Of a stretch of DNA of 64,000 nt, positions 26,117 through 39,598 are shown in pieces. The position numbers and the translations under genes were made by a program. The notes under the pieces were generated by a model. The model had not been told where the DNA came from. It did no database searches and saw only the letters and a list, made by a program, of their open reading frames with translations. Every line of letters starts with the position of its first letter. The first letter of the stretch is position 1. The stretch lies in contig NW_003314317.1 in NCBI RefSeq assembly GCF_000143415.4, positions 1,123,183-1,187,182 of the forward strand. The letters are read 5' to 3'. The DNA is from Selaginella moellendorffii. Its lineage: Eukaryota; Plantae; Lycopodiophyta.

Positions 26117-27884
26117 AGTAGTCATTATTGTGATCTCTTATAAACTTTTCTTGGATTGAACTGAAGACAATGCGAAAGTAAATTTAAAGCTTGGTCAAAG
26201 TAAAGTCTAAAAAAAGAGTATTAGAAATGAAGGATCAAACACGTAAATCATTTTCTCTTCTTAAAAAGATGATTGGCAACGAGATGTTAAATCATTACTC
26301 ATATTCACATCATGCAATCAGAAGTCCCTATCTTGGTGTATGTTGATTATGATAGTTTTATAAATGGCGAGTTATAAGATGGATAGTAGTGAAACGCTAA
26401 ACCATTTTTGTCTAGGTTTGCTATTGAAGACTTAGGTTACAATGCGCAATTTTTTTCTAGGGGACATTGTTATTGCTCCTTGAGTAGCTTGATGTTAGAT
26501 TAGTTTGAAGTTTAGTCAGAAAAAGAGTGGTATGAGCTTGTTTGAGTTATGAATAACAATTAGTGGTGTTAGGTGTTATAAAGCTCTATTGATAGGGTGT
26601 GGCATTCATGTTACATTTTGTCAAATCGATTTGGCACTTGATACTCATATAAACTTTTGAAGTAATAATGTAAGCTTGCTTATGGTGTTGCTTGGTTGAT
26701 GATCAAGTCATTGTAATTTTTATATCATATACATGAGATAATGAGCAATATCTTTATAAAGTTGTTTGGTCGAACAATGATCAACCCAAAGTGGTTGATA
26801 GTGAAGCTAATCTACTTGCAAGTAGTAACATTGAAGTAGCTTTGACTTGGTTTTTAATGATGGTTTATTATGCTAAACTTAAGTTAGTATCTTGTTTCAT
26901 TGAGAGTTTGTATATAAGGTGATGGAAAAAGTTATAACATTTATTTACTATGGCTTGTTAGATTATCTGTTAGCACTTAGAGTAGATTGTTGGATGGAGA
27001 AGGTGTGAAGTTAATGCATTAACATTATTAACACTTGTGTTAGTGGAAGTGGCTTATTATCTCGAGTGATAAGGAAGTTTCCTTAAATTTTGATTTTTTA
27101 TATCATTTTTCTTGTTAGTGTTTTAGCTTCATACTAGATCTTAAAAGTGATTGAAGAAGAATGTTAGTGCAATATAGATATTTAAAGATATGCTCTTCAT
27201 GATTGAGTCTTAAATATTTATTTTGCATTTTGCCAATGTTTGTGTTAGATGTTGAAGGCAAGTTGTTCAATGCTTAAGTATAAAGGTTGGGTCATGAGAA
27301 TTTGTATTGAGGTGAACCTATGTGAAGTTGTAGGTAAGAAGAAGTTGGTTGAGTCTTGAGAATTTATATTCTTAGACTGAGAGTCATTCTTTCTCTAGGA
27401 TAGAAAATTTTCCATAAATTTTCTTAGACTTTTTTAATGGTTGATTTATTAATCATTTTACTTGAAAACCATTCCATTTTCGTAAGTGAGTACAAATTAG
27501 TGAAGGGGTTGGAGTTGACTTTGGTTATATTAAACCTTAGAAAGTAGTTTGTATAATGCAATCTAAAAGGGATACTAACTTTTGGGACTAAGGCAATTGA
27601 GTTGGATAGAATCTAGAATTAGTGTAGAAAAATAGCCATTGCACTTTTCTAGAAATATAAGCTTTCTGCCTTTTTTTTGTAGCATTGTGCTTTGGTGGTA
27701 GATTACACCTTGCATTTTGTTAAACTCTATAAGAGTAGTGAGCTTTCACTGATATTAACTTGGTCTTGGTAACCATACAATTTAGCTAAGGATAGTAATG
27801 TTTAATTTAGTTGTTTGAGGTTGAGATGTTAGTACTTGTACTATAGCTTTATCTATAAGGAAGTTGTGTACCATATGAGTCTAT

Positions 27885-28958
27885 TGTAAGCTACAAATTT
27901 TTCCTTTCAAATTTGCCAACTTACCTCATCTATCCGTCTAACATTGCCTTGGCTTTTGCTAAGTTCCCTCGCCAAGGTTCCTGCCTATGATACTAGTTCC
28001 TATTTGGTCCTACTTAGTTTCAATTACTCACTGCATGAGTAGGAGTGTTAGCCATCCATCCACGGATTCCCAAATCTCTCCCAATCCCCCTCCCCGGGTT
28101 AGACTGAACTTAAGATTCAGCTACACTCCCTGCTGAGCATACCAAGCCTCTAGATTCCTAACACCCCTTGGTACCACAAGACTTAATATGGGACCCTCTA
28201 AATCCCAAGTCTTGGGTGCAACACTTGCTTCGAGACGTCGGGGTGAAACACCGTGGCCTAACAGCCCGGTATGGGTACCTCTACCCCCCCACTTCCATCC
28301 CGAAGGAAAGCCCAAGCCCCTAGGAAGGGCGAGGACCAATGAGCCGCATGGTACTCAAGTGGGGCACCACTCCATATGAGTCGGGAGCACCATAGTCGGT
28401 TTCCCTTTCAAGAGTGGGAGCTGCTCTTGAGCACTTCTTGGGGTGGCCCTTTCGACACCACCCAAGTCCCTGCTCACTCCCACCCAAGGCCCCTTGGCCC
28501 CAGTCTCAACCTCAAATCAGTTTGGAAGCACCACTGGAAAGTTCCTTCAAGACTGATTCCTGGACCTCACTATCCCTACTATACTTTTGGAACCCCCCGC
28601 AACCCCCCCCCCCTGGGAGACGCACGCTTTGGGCTTTCACCCCTTGACCCGTATTAGTACTCGGACTCAGTCTCGAACTCGATCTCGGACTTGATCTCGG
28701 ACCCGACTTCGGACTTAGTCTTGGACTCGATCTCGGACTCGATCTTGGACTCGACTTTGGACACGACCTCGGACTCGGTCTCGGACCTGATTTGGATCTC
28801 GGACTCTGTCTCGAACTCGGTCTCCAATTCGGCCTCGGACTCAATCCCGGACTTTATCTCGAACTTGGTCTCAGAGTCAGTCTTGGATTCTTTGTCATTT
28901 TGGTCATGCTTTCAGAGATCCTTTAGCCTACGACACCTTGAAGAGTTGGTTCCTTACA
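27885..28958 (-). mobile_element. Solo LTR of family C (related to family B)
   Basis: TGTAAG...CTTACA, perfect TSD TCTAT; shares the GAAAGCCCAAAGCG module and 12-bp repeats with family B. Confidence 0.9.
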
Positions 28959-31900
28959 TCTATCTCATGATCTTCACTTTAGTTTCAACTAGCCTTTTCA
29001 TTGATGATGTGTTATTTGTAACTGAGTATTGTTGAAGGATTGGTCTTAGATACTAAAGTATCTTTGACTTTGGTTAACTTGGTTGCTAAAGAGTTTTGAG
29101 TGGTGATTCATAGTTTTGTTTTGGTGTTGATGGCAATAAAGTGATACTTTGTCGTTAACATTGTTGATATTGATATTAAAGTGAGATGAAATGTCTCTCT
29201 ATAGGATTGATATTAAATTTTATTAATCTCAATATAGATAGTGTTAATGATTTAATTGTTACTTTGTGTTATTAGCATTTGTGCATTTGCTAGCTAACCA
29301 CTGTATTGATGTTCAAATGAATTGAGTGGCAAGTTTGAGTTAGTTATGTTTTAGACGAGATTCTTTAGTAGGAGTTGAGCTTTGGCTTTTCCTTGAAACA
29401 TGATTTAGTCATGAACTATACTAATCTTGATAGAAGAAGGGTTAGTGATTGATATTGAGATATTGATTCTTTATTAGATTTAAGTTATAAATATATCAAT
29501 CATTAGTGATTTCTCTTGTGCTTGTTATAAAGTGAGTTTTACCTTGCTATAAATGGATTTGTGGAAGATCATTTAATGATCACTTATTGAGCATAGCTTT
29601 ATTATACTTGGCTTTTGGATCGATGTAAATATATTATTTATTAGCTTTTAGTATTATGAAGTTTGGCTTCTGGATATGTTGGAGAGGTTATTGTGAGTTA
29701 TACTTCTTTTACATTGAAGTTAATTCATGTGAGACTTGTGATCATTATTATGTGAGACTTGGTTATAGGCTTTTTCAAACTTTTGGTTCTTTGAGTTTTT
29801 TGTTCCATTTGTTATGAGTTATTAAAGGAAGGCATTTTGGCTCATTAGCTTTGATGTTGAAGTTAGTATTTACATCTAGCAATCATTAGTGATAATTGAG
29901 TGTTATTTAGGATAGTTGATTATCCTTGTCAAAGGTTTTGCTTGATTATTATTGATATAGAATGATTTATCATTCTTTGGGATGGTGGATTCTTTCTTCA
30001 ATAACTATAAACTATCAAAGAAAATAATTAACTATTATGAAAGATTCATATCAATTTAAAGATGGAAAATTGCTCTAGATTGGTTTTTTGGGTTTTAGAC
30101 ATTTAGTAGGATATGATAGCTCTTGCTTAAGAAATTTGAGTCCCTTAATATATTTAATTAGGATTTATTTAGATTGGCTAGTGAGATAGTTAGCATGAAT
30201 GAGTGTTTATTTATATTGCAACATTTATTCTATTCTATTGATTGTTACTACAATTGGTTCTAATAGGTTAGATGTTTGATAGTGAATCCTATGTTTTCCA
30301 ATTATAATGATCTTGGTGGTTTTTATATTCTAATATTGGTTTATCAGATGATAACTTACTTGGAATACTTTTGTGTTCTAATCTAAGATTTATTCACTAA
30401 TACTTAAGTCTCTAAAATATCATTGTCTATAACTTTGATATTGTCCATCTCTTGATCTTTCTATTTAGACCAATATAGGTAGATTGGTTTTAGCACTTCG
30501 TGTGCATGGTGAAATCTTTAATCATGAGGTAGCTACTGTCAATTAATCACATCACCCACCTCTCTTTTAATATTCTTTATTTCATTTAAAAGGGCATAAC
30601 TGTGTAAACAACTTTAATTGTCTGTTTACGGTAATCTATTTAAACCTTACCGATAAGTTTGGTTTCTTTACTCATAAGGGTTGGGGCTTTTAACTTCTCT
30701 CTCTATGTCACCTACAGGTAAAGGCATATCACTCTTTTGTAAGCTGGGTGACTCTATTGATCATTTCCTTGTTGCTGACGGTTGAAAGGTGTTTAAGCTA
30801 TAGTGTATTTGGGTTAAATAGAGAGGTTATCTTAACTCATTTAAGTTGGTGCATTTCTCATTAAGTGTAAACACTATGAACTTTTTTTAGAGTTGTTTCC
30901 TTGGCAATGTTCTAGACTATAATATATATCGACGACATCAATCTTCCTTAAAGGGGGAGAGTGTCACAAATGTAACTGTGGGTATTAAAAATTATCTATT
31001 GGATAGTCCTTTTGAATATTCTTTCCTTACTGCCATGATGGTAAGAAGTTGGTATTACTGAACCTTTTATCAATCCCTTTTGTTCAAGTGTTAGTAAACT
31101 TGACTTAACATCTGTACTAGGTTAGATGAGTATAAGGAAGGAATTTCTAAGTGTCTATTTAGCCAAACATACTTGGCCTAATTTAAAAGTTCTTTTTTAT
31201 TCTATATTGGCTTAACAAGAACCCCTACAATATTAAGATTGGTCCCTTAATATTCGCTAAATGATAGCTTATTATGTTTGCCAAACACCCTCGCTATCAT
31301 GCCTTTTGTGTTAGTCATATTCAGTCCCAATTGCTATTTATGTAAAGTGTCTAGATTTATTAATTTGGGATATATATGGAATGTTGAGATTGTTCTAAAC
31401 GCAATGGTGTTGATCCTATGCCCAAATTTGCAATTTAGTGTCATTCTATATTAATAAATTTCAAGTTTGTCCCAGAGACTAATTTTTGGTATTGTGAATG
31501 GCTAAGGGTGAAAACCCAACTTGAGGCATAATTTAGCTTCTGCTGGCATGCCTATTCTTGTTTTGCATTTAGTTTGTGTCTAAGTCTAAATTCCATACCA
31601 TGCTAGCTGGTGGAGTACCTACATCCTTGCATTAAGCTACTAATATGCTAAAATAGTGCCAAACTTTATTTGGTTCCATTTTGTATGTTGGTTCTGGCAG
31701 TAAAATGTTGGATGCTTTAGTACTGTTCTAAGTTGCTCCATACTCCTATCTCTTCTCTCATTAGGCTATACACTCAAGAGTCACTCTAAGCTCTAATTCC
31801 TTTGTTCTTTAGCTTCATACTTAAAAGTTTGGCTCTGTTCCTTCATTCAATGGCTCAGGGCTTTGAAACTTGAGTTCCACTCCACTGTCCTTGGACATGT

Positions 31901-32639
31901 AGCATGTGGTATGTGGCATATGATACATGGCATATGGACGGTTTAGATTTTATTTTGTGGTTATCCTTTGGTAAACCATTATAGGATAAAGGGTGAAAAC
32001 CATATACGCTACATTTATTTAAATTATCGAGATAGCTTTTGAGATGAATTAAAGATTTCACAAGGTAAGTATTAATCCTTTAATCTGTTATTTGATCCTT
32101 TCTCTTTTGGGATTATATTTTTTGTTTTTGTTCTATCATTCTTCCTTTCTTCTCTAGATTTGTTATAGTTTTTTGCTAAAACTAGAATTTTAGCTATTAT
32201 TATGCTTATATTTTCTCATTGCATTCCTTTATTTTGCCATATCATACCATAATTGATCAAAGAGTATATCACTTGAGGTTACTAATGTTGCATCATTGGA
32301 TCGAATTTTTGGTTTTGTGGGGTATGATTATATTGGTATTGTACATATCCTTGGTGTGTTGTGGTCTCCAATTTCCATGGGATATAACTACACAAGTTCT
32401 CCTATTTTATGTGTCCTATTATCTCCCATTAATGTGGAACATGATTATATATCAATTGGAGAGTTATGAATGATGCAATTTAATTCTTGAAAAATATTCA
32501 AGAATCAAGTTAATAGGAAGATGATGTGTACAAGCTTAAGTGGATTCAAGATTATGATGAGGAGCTTGATTATCTTTTACTCTTTCTCAACTTTTTCTTA
32601 TTTTTTAGTCTTAGCCACCTTCTTATATTTGTAGTGTTG

Positions 32640-33200
32640 TGTAAGCTCCTGAATTTAGACTTCTCGGGAAGTCACCCAGCCCAGTACTATTCAAACTCAA
32701 AGATGCTTAACCCCAAATATCCCAAGACCATTAACCAATTGGAAAAGAGGGTGCACTCTAATTCATAGGCCTTTTTCCCTCTCTATTTGAACCCCATAGA
32801 CTGTCTCTCGAATCATTCTCTTTAGTTGCTTACAATCCACCACGCTTCCCTGCAAGTTCACGCCCTCGTGAACGGAAGCTAAGAGCTGCAGCTCTCCCGA
32901 GAGCCCCGCTCTTTTGACACCCTACCCCTCGGGTCGAGCTCATCAAGAGCAAACTGGACCAGCCAAATGGCAATCAATTTGTGATGAGACCCCTCTGATA
33001 CCAAATGTAAGCTCCTAAATTTAGACTTCCCGGGAGGTCATCTAGCCCAGTACTATTCAAACTCAAAGATGCTTAACCCCAAATATCCCAAAACCTTTAA
33101 CTGATTGAAAAATGGGGTGCACTTTTATTCATGGGCCCTTTTCCCTCTATATTTGAACCCCATGGACTGTCTCTCAAGTCGTTCTCTTTAGTTGCTTACT
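32640..33200 (-). mobile_element. Complete Cassandra TRIM with 5S rRNA-derived LTRs
   Basis: LTRs 32640-32834 and 33006-33200, TSD TGTTG, PBS (reverse complement of CTCTGATACCA at 32993-33003), PPT AGGGAAGCGTGGTGGAT, 5S box A/C-like core in both LTRs. Confidence 0.95.
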
Positions 33201-36200
33201 TGTTGCTTCTTCATTTGTAGTATTTCCTTCTTTTGGCACGATGATAATTTTTTATGCTTATGATTCTCATTCTAAATTTAGTGTTGAGTTGAGTGTTTTT
33301 TGTCCTCTTCATACTAATAAAATGTTGAGTATATATACAAAAATAAAAATTTTGTTTTTATTTCATTGACAAAGTTTTTGATTTGTTTTGGTGTTGAGTA
33401 TTTCTTTATTCTAACAATTAAATTACTTTTGTTAGAGTTTTGGATTGAATATAACTCCTTGGTTGCAAATGTCATTGAGAGCTTTTGTTTTACTGAGTTT
33501 ATATGTTCCTTTGAAAGTATGGAGTTTTCTATTAGTTTTCCTCTTTCTGTTATACTTCAAAGTTTTTTTCTTTAGAGGAGGGGGTAAATGGGATGGACAA
33601 GAGTCTTGCCCTAATAATAGAGTGAGGATGAATGAATATAGAAGTGGAGCAAAAATGAATGATATAAATTATGGAGTAAGGATAAGTATAGCACATCCAA
33701 ATGGAATATCAAACCTTGATATAATGAGGCCAAATGGATGCAATAGTGGAGAGAGGCTGAACATTGATAGTGGAGTGAGGATAACACAGTGAGTATAAAT
33801 AGAATTAATACTTTAGAACTTTTTTTACTTTCAAGGATAGAATAAGAAAGATGTAGGGGATGACCTCCCATATGTAGTGCTAAATAAAGATGAAGATTGT
33901 GAGTATGAGTGAATGTGACTCTTAAAATGTTGACCAAAGAGAAAATATAGAGGTAAATTTTACTTATGATCGTGAGTTTGAGTTAATAGTGGTCTTGGAG
34001 GATGGTTAGTAGATGGATTTAGAAGTTGGATATATCATTTACTGTAATGGTATTTCATGGACTACAATGATTCTCAAAATCCCTTGCTTTGATTTAAAGT
34101 TATGGTTTTAAAATTGATTCGAGCATTTAGTAGTTGCACACAAAGTTACAACTAGTTCATCAAAATTTCGTAATTAACTAATGTTGGTGCCATGGTTTTG
34201 GATTTTTTTTATTCAACAATCACATTAGTGGTTTTATGGAAGTTTCAAATTCTTGTAACACTCTATAGTTGCTAAACAAAAGCTCCAGATGTTCCACCTA
34301 ACTTATTGTTATCACCTTTTCATTTTTTAGATGGGAGGATAGTGTAAAATTTATTAATATATATACATATAAATATGTAATGCCTACCTTAACTCAACTT
34401 GCCATCCAAGCAATCAAGAAAAATGAGATTGGCACAATGTTGATGCAGCCATCCTCTATAATATGTTGACAATCTTTGCAACTATATCCTCCCCTTTGCC
34501 TCCTAATGTTGCCTTCAAATATTGCTTCAAGATGTTAGTCCAAGTGTTACCACTAAGCATTGCTTCTTTACCAAATATTACCACTAAATATTACATTCAA
34601 GTGTTACTCTAATTGTTGCTTCTCTACCAAGTATTACTACCAAATGTGCTCTAAGTGTTGCATATCTCAAAGTGTTGTAACTTGAAATCTTAGTACCTCA
34701 AAGTGTTACTCCTTCCAAGTAAACAAGGTTTGCCCAAGGAAGATGAAAGACTACTTAAGTTTAGATTGGAGCTAGAGTTTTTCTAGCTCATAAAAAATCT
34801 AGTTTGATGGAAGATTTGATGAGAATGTTTGGTTGCCTTAATTAAATCTGAGAGTAATAAATATTCTTAGAATGCTTAAGAATTTGGTTTGTGATTTTGT
34901 CATAATTATTTTTCTTGAGTCACATTAAATAATAAACTGTCCACTTTGGTTTGCTTTATGAATAATTTTTGGTTAATTTACACAATGCTTTAGATTTTAC
35001 CAAAATTTGAAGTTTTTAGCAAGTATTTCATGTATTTGGATCTAGCAAGCATTAGTACAAATTCAATTCTAGATTCCCATCTAGATGTGTTATGTTCTCT
35101 AATAACAAAAGAGAATCTCCTTTTGATCATATGTGTTTTGTGTGTACTTGAATTATATGAACATGAATTAGCAAGCATTGTAAATTTGAGAGAATCTTCA
35201 CTAAGTAGGGATTCAAAAGAGTGGTTATGGTTTTGATTCTTGTCTACTTTTGTGTGAATATGAATTTAGGGCAAGAAATGGAGTAATTGTCCAGCTGAAA
35301 GTAAGCTGGTGCTATACCACTGCCTACCCTATAGCACTCCCAATTTTCATGATCAACTTCTTTAGAATTTCTTTGCAGAAGTTTAGGCTTCTACAATTCT
35401 TCATATCCTCATCAGCTACATTGGCATACTTGATGTTATCAATAGTTCTAATAGCCAAGATACCTATTACATGCCCAATCCTCATAGGAATTTTCAAAAT
35501 AATTTCATGTTATTTAATCAAATCTAACTAGACTTAGACAATCATCAAACGAGTGATAATTAACAAGTCCTCAAGTCCATGGATTTAGAAGGGATAACTC
35601 CCAACATACATTCTTAACTGCCATCTATATATGCACAATGCTCTATTGGTTTGAGCCTGGTAGGATTAGTTGCTGCTAGAGATGAGTTCCTTGACACTGG
35701 GTGAGCCTTTATAGAAGAGCTAGATTCCTCTCAGTACAATGGACAATGTGGTAATTTTCTCTAATATAGGCAAAGTTTTGTTTATAAAATATTAAAAATA
35801 AGAAAGTAAATTAGTATTAAACCCTCATTAATTAGAAACTAAATAGAAAAGAAAGCTATTAGATTAAGGAATAGTTTATAACCCATCATGCCATATCCAC
35901 ACAGAGCTACTACTGCTCCTGCTGCTGCTGCTGCAATATCAAATCTAGCTGGTGAGGAGGTAATGGCACTGCTACTACTTGGAATGCTTGGGGGAGTGGC
36001 AGCAGTCTTTGGCTGGCTTTTGCCATTTTGCTAACATAGATGGGGATTGGCATATCACTAGTTACTGAAAATGCATTTGTTTAGAAATATATGCAAACAC
36101 TATGCTTGCATTTGCGTTTGTTAGGCGTTTGTGTTTGTTATTAGAACCTTCAACTAAGTTAAAGAATATTCTTTTCTTTTACCTTTAACTTTTCTTGGGC

Positions 36201-37499
36201 TGAGCAACAAAAGATGCTAGGGAGAGAAGGCAAGCTGTGGAAAAGGATTAGGGTAAGGACACCATCCTTGGTAAAGCACATGATAATGCTCAGCATTGCT
36301 GAATTTGTAAGCATTGCAGCAATATAAAGGGTCTTTGAAATGTCACCAGGCACATTTGGGGCCAATCCCAGGTAATGAGATCATGTATTAGTGTATTGCT
36401 ACACTAACTTGAAGCTAGTCTAGCTCATAGAGACTAAGGGCTCTTGTAAGGAGATTGAATTTAGAAGTCAATTGCAAGAGGTTTTTGCATATGCAGCAAA
36501 GAATGGAAGAATTCCAAGACTTTTACAGGAGATAGATGAAGTGACTATGATGATCTGAGTGATTGAAAACTTGAAGTCACACAATAGAATATTCGAATAT
36601 TTAAAAGATTATTTTAGAATATTTTCATTTATTTAGGTTTTTTTTTTCTTACTGACAAATACGTTTGGAGCATAATTTGACATTTGGAAATGCATTTGCA
36701 TTTATGCGGAACATTTATGCATTTGTTTGGTAAGTATGACTGTTGCTAATGCAGTGAAATTCTTTTTACTCCCAAATGGATCTCAAGCTGGCTGAAACTC
36801 TTTCTTCCTAGGTCTGGCAGTGTAAGGAGCAAGGCTTTCATGGATTTAAGGCCTTACTATTACAATGGAAGTGAGTTGAGAATTACATCATTATTGGGTT
36901 TTTGCTGGAGAATGACATGATTGTGATGTTTGTCACCAAAGTTTTTGGTTTAGTAAAGGTTTATATTCGTGATAAAAGTAAGAAAACTAGTATTAAACTT
37001 TGATTACACATGAATTAGACTAAATATATCATTGGAAAATGCTTTGGGGCTAGTTTATAGAAAGGATTCCCAAAAGAAACAGAGGTGGAATATCCTAAGC
37101 TAGAAGGCTTGGAAAGCAAGCTATTAAATTGTAAAATATTCTAGAATATGCTTGAATATGTTAAGTGGTTTTCCTCACCATATAATGCTTGTTCATGTGA
37201 TCTCAGTGAGCATGCATTAAATTCTTATGAATATTGAAGCGATCTAGCACATATTGGTGAGCCACACTCCACCCTATGCCTTCTAAGAAGCCAGTTGGTT
37301 CAGCATCTTAGCAATCAAGTGGAAGAGCACCCTAAACGAGTTCACTTGGCTTTAATTTCACTTTCGAGGCATAGCTGGTTCACTTAAGAGTTTTGTCTTG
37401 TACTTGTTTAATCCCTGCAAGACATAGGGAACATATCATATTGCTCCAACCTTGTCCCTTGCTGGTGAGATCTTGGCTTTGCTCTGAAGAAGTTTCCAC

Positions 37500-37803
37500 T
37501 GAATCTCCACGGCCTTGCACAGCTCCAGGAACCCTCCTTGAGCTGGATCTCCACGCAACTGCAGTCTCCAAGGCCCCATTCTACCATGGTCGAGACTTCC
37601 TCACGTCAATGCTGAACTTGTCGTATCACATCCTGCCTTTCCAGTGTTGAGATCCTGCAACTGAGCAGTAACGAGTTGTCCGGGGCAATTCCTTCGTCCA
37701 TGGGAAGCATGCTGAGTTTGAAGGAGCCATCTCTGGAGCTGAGTGGTGAGGTCCCCAGGAGCCTGGTAAACCTGGACTCGTTGAGATGGTTTAACGTGAG
37801 CTG
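37500..37803 (+). pseudogene. Plant-type extracellular LRR (RLK/RLP) gene relic
   Basis: Translates ...VEILQLSSNELSGAIPSSMGSMLSLKE...LSGEVPRSLVNLDSLRWFNVS*, the LxxLxLSxNxLSGxIP consensus, with stops and deletions. Confidence 0.75.
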
Positions 37804-37875
37804 AAAATTAAAAGCAGGAATCTTCTGAATAAAAACAATAGAGCTCCTGCAGTAAATTGGTGACCGAAAGCCGCT

Positions 37876-37974
37876 CGCCATCTGTGGGAATCGAACCCAA
37901 CGTTTTCGCTGCTGCCCCAGTGGCGTAGGTCGAGATCCAAAAAGCAACGCGCTCTACCGGCTGAGCTTACACAT
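37876..37974 (-). pseudogene. tRNA-Lys-derived pseudogene with an insertion 3' of the anticodon
   Basis: D arm AGCTCAGCCGGTAGAGCG and T arm GGGTTCGATTCCCAC retained; 5' acceptor strand lost; ~25-nt insert after CTTTTT. Confidence 0.65.
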
Positions 37975-38597
37975 TTGATCACTGCAAATAACATGAACTT
38001 CACTTAAACTGTATAATAAAAAACGTGACAAACCAGTGTGTGCTCGTTTTACGTCATGCACTCCTCTCCTCACTGCAATCAAACAACAGCAGCTTCATAA
38101 ACTCTAGGGATCGGAAAATTGCGATGAGCAAAGCCTGTCATACAAGCGCCGTCTCCTGGCGTTGCTACTTCACGTGTATTTTTGTCTTTCTGATCCAACA
38201 CATACACATGAACACGTTTTTCCAATCCAAAACGGCGCGTACCTGGCCCAATATGTTGAGCTTGGCGCTCTTCCAATCTCCCACTGTGAAGGTGAAGTTC
38301 TAGAAAAGAGGAGGAATTTCCGACCGGGGCTGAGTACTGTAAAAAGACAACTAGATTGTTCCGGCCTGCCAAGTAGCATTATGGCTTGCTACAGTCTAGA
38401 AACTAGAATTCAGAGCACGTACCTGGCTCTAGAAACGTTATAGATGATTTTCCGTGCAGCAGAGAACTCAATGTTCTCAGTCCGAGAGTTTTAACTAGCT
38501 CGGAGAGCACGAAAGTTAAATCGAATTGCCACTGCAACGAGTCTCAAAAGAAAAGGAGAAATGCTTGAGCTTGCCTCTTGCCTGGTAAGAGCGAACT

Positions 38598-38670
38598 CGC
38601 CGTCTGTGGGAGTTGAACCCACGACCACGTGGTTAAAAGCCACGCGCTCTACCGGCTGAGCTAAGACGGC
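38598..38670 (-). tRNA. tRNA-Lys(UUU)
   Basis: GCCGTCTTAGCTCAGCCGGTAGAGCGCGTGGCTTTTAACCACGTGGTCGTGGGTTCAACTCCCACAGACGGCG folds into a full cloverleaf; T loop variant TTCAAC. Confidence 0.88.
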
Positions 38671-39331
38671 TTGAACAACTGGTTTGAAATGCTCGGAAGA
38701 ATTCTGCAAGTATAACAAACTCAGAACGAACCTTCTGAAGCACTCTGTGCGTGTGTTTACGTCATGTAATTTCGTCTCGTCCCTGTAAACATTGCTAGCA
38801 AAATGCAACCAGAAATCGGGAAACCAAGAGTAAACCTCATCGAAGCAGTGTGTATCTCCTTGTACTTTCTTCGTCGTCTCTGTGTAATCAAACATAATCA
38901 AACACAACGTCAGCACGCTTGCAAAGCGAAATACAAAGACTGACTAGAGATTTTATTACCTCGTCTCCTTGCGAGCGATATTTTGCTGGGAGTTCGCATA
39001 GTTCTTTTCTTTCTGTTCCCACAAGCTAATCTGAGTTTGAGAAAAGCCGTGGTGAAGGAAGCCACGAGCGCGACTTGCACCTAGTTATATCTTTCATGAA
39101 AATTAGCTTCAACTGTGTTTATCCTGAATTGAAAAAGCCACTTCCAAGCACAGTACCTTATGTGAGTACAAAAACGTCATTGTTTTCCGTTGAAACCTTG
39201 GGATCCTCCAGTTTCAAATACAAGGTACTGCAGCTGAATACAGGAGGAGGCATCAATAAACAAAAAAAAAAAAGTGAAGAACTCGGCTAGATGAGTACTG
39301 TGACAAACGCAAAGTGCAAATTCGCAAGCAC

Positions 39332-39598
39332 CTAAACAAACTTGATTGCCGAGTGGCAGTCGGAGCGCACTCGCAAGTTCTTGACGATGCAAAGCGGCGT
39401 CCTGGGTGGCGTGCTGGCAATCCCAAACGCCACCGCCAGCTTCTCGCTGTGATAGAACAGCACCTCGTCCTTGTCCTCCTCTTCCATGCTGTGGATCACC
39501 ACCTTTCGATCCGGCTCGTACCCCTTGATCCTCATCTCCGACAGCAGCCCCTGCAGCGTCTTGAAGATGCGGTTAACACCAAAGCTCCCGGAATCCAC
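39332..39598 (-). pseudogene. Orphan truncated PPR E+/DYW deaminase fragment
   Basis: GYEPD...HSEKLAVAFG...PLCIVKNLRVRSDCH: first Cys of CxxC changed to Arg, stop before DYW, no PPR tract upstream. Confidence 0.88.

Larger units (their letters stand above)
21831..32013 (+). mobile_element. Older, transition-eroded family-A LARD-like element with three nested insertions
   Basis: 5' LTR 21831-24919 (split by a solo LTR), degenerate PBS TTTGTATCAAAG, interior collinear with 10679-15592, PPT AAAGGGGGAGAG, 3' LTR 30962-32013, near-TSD TTTAC/TTTAT. Confidence 0.9.
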
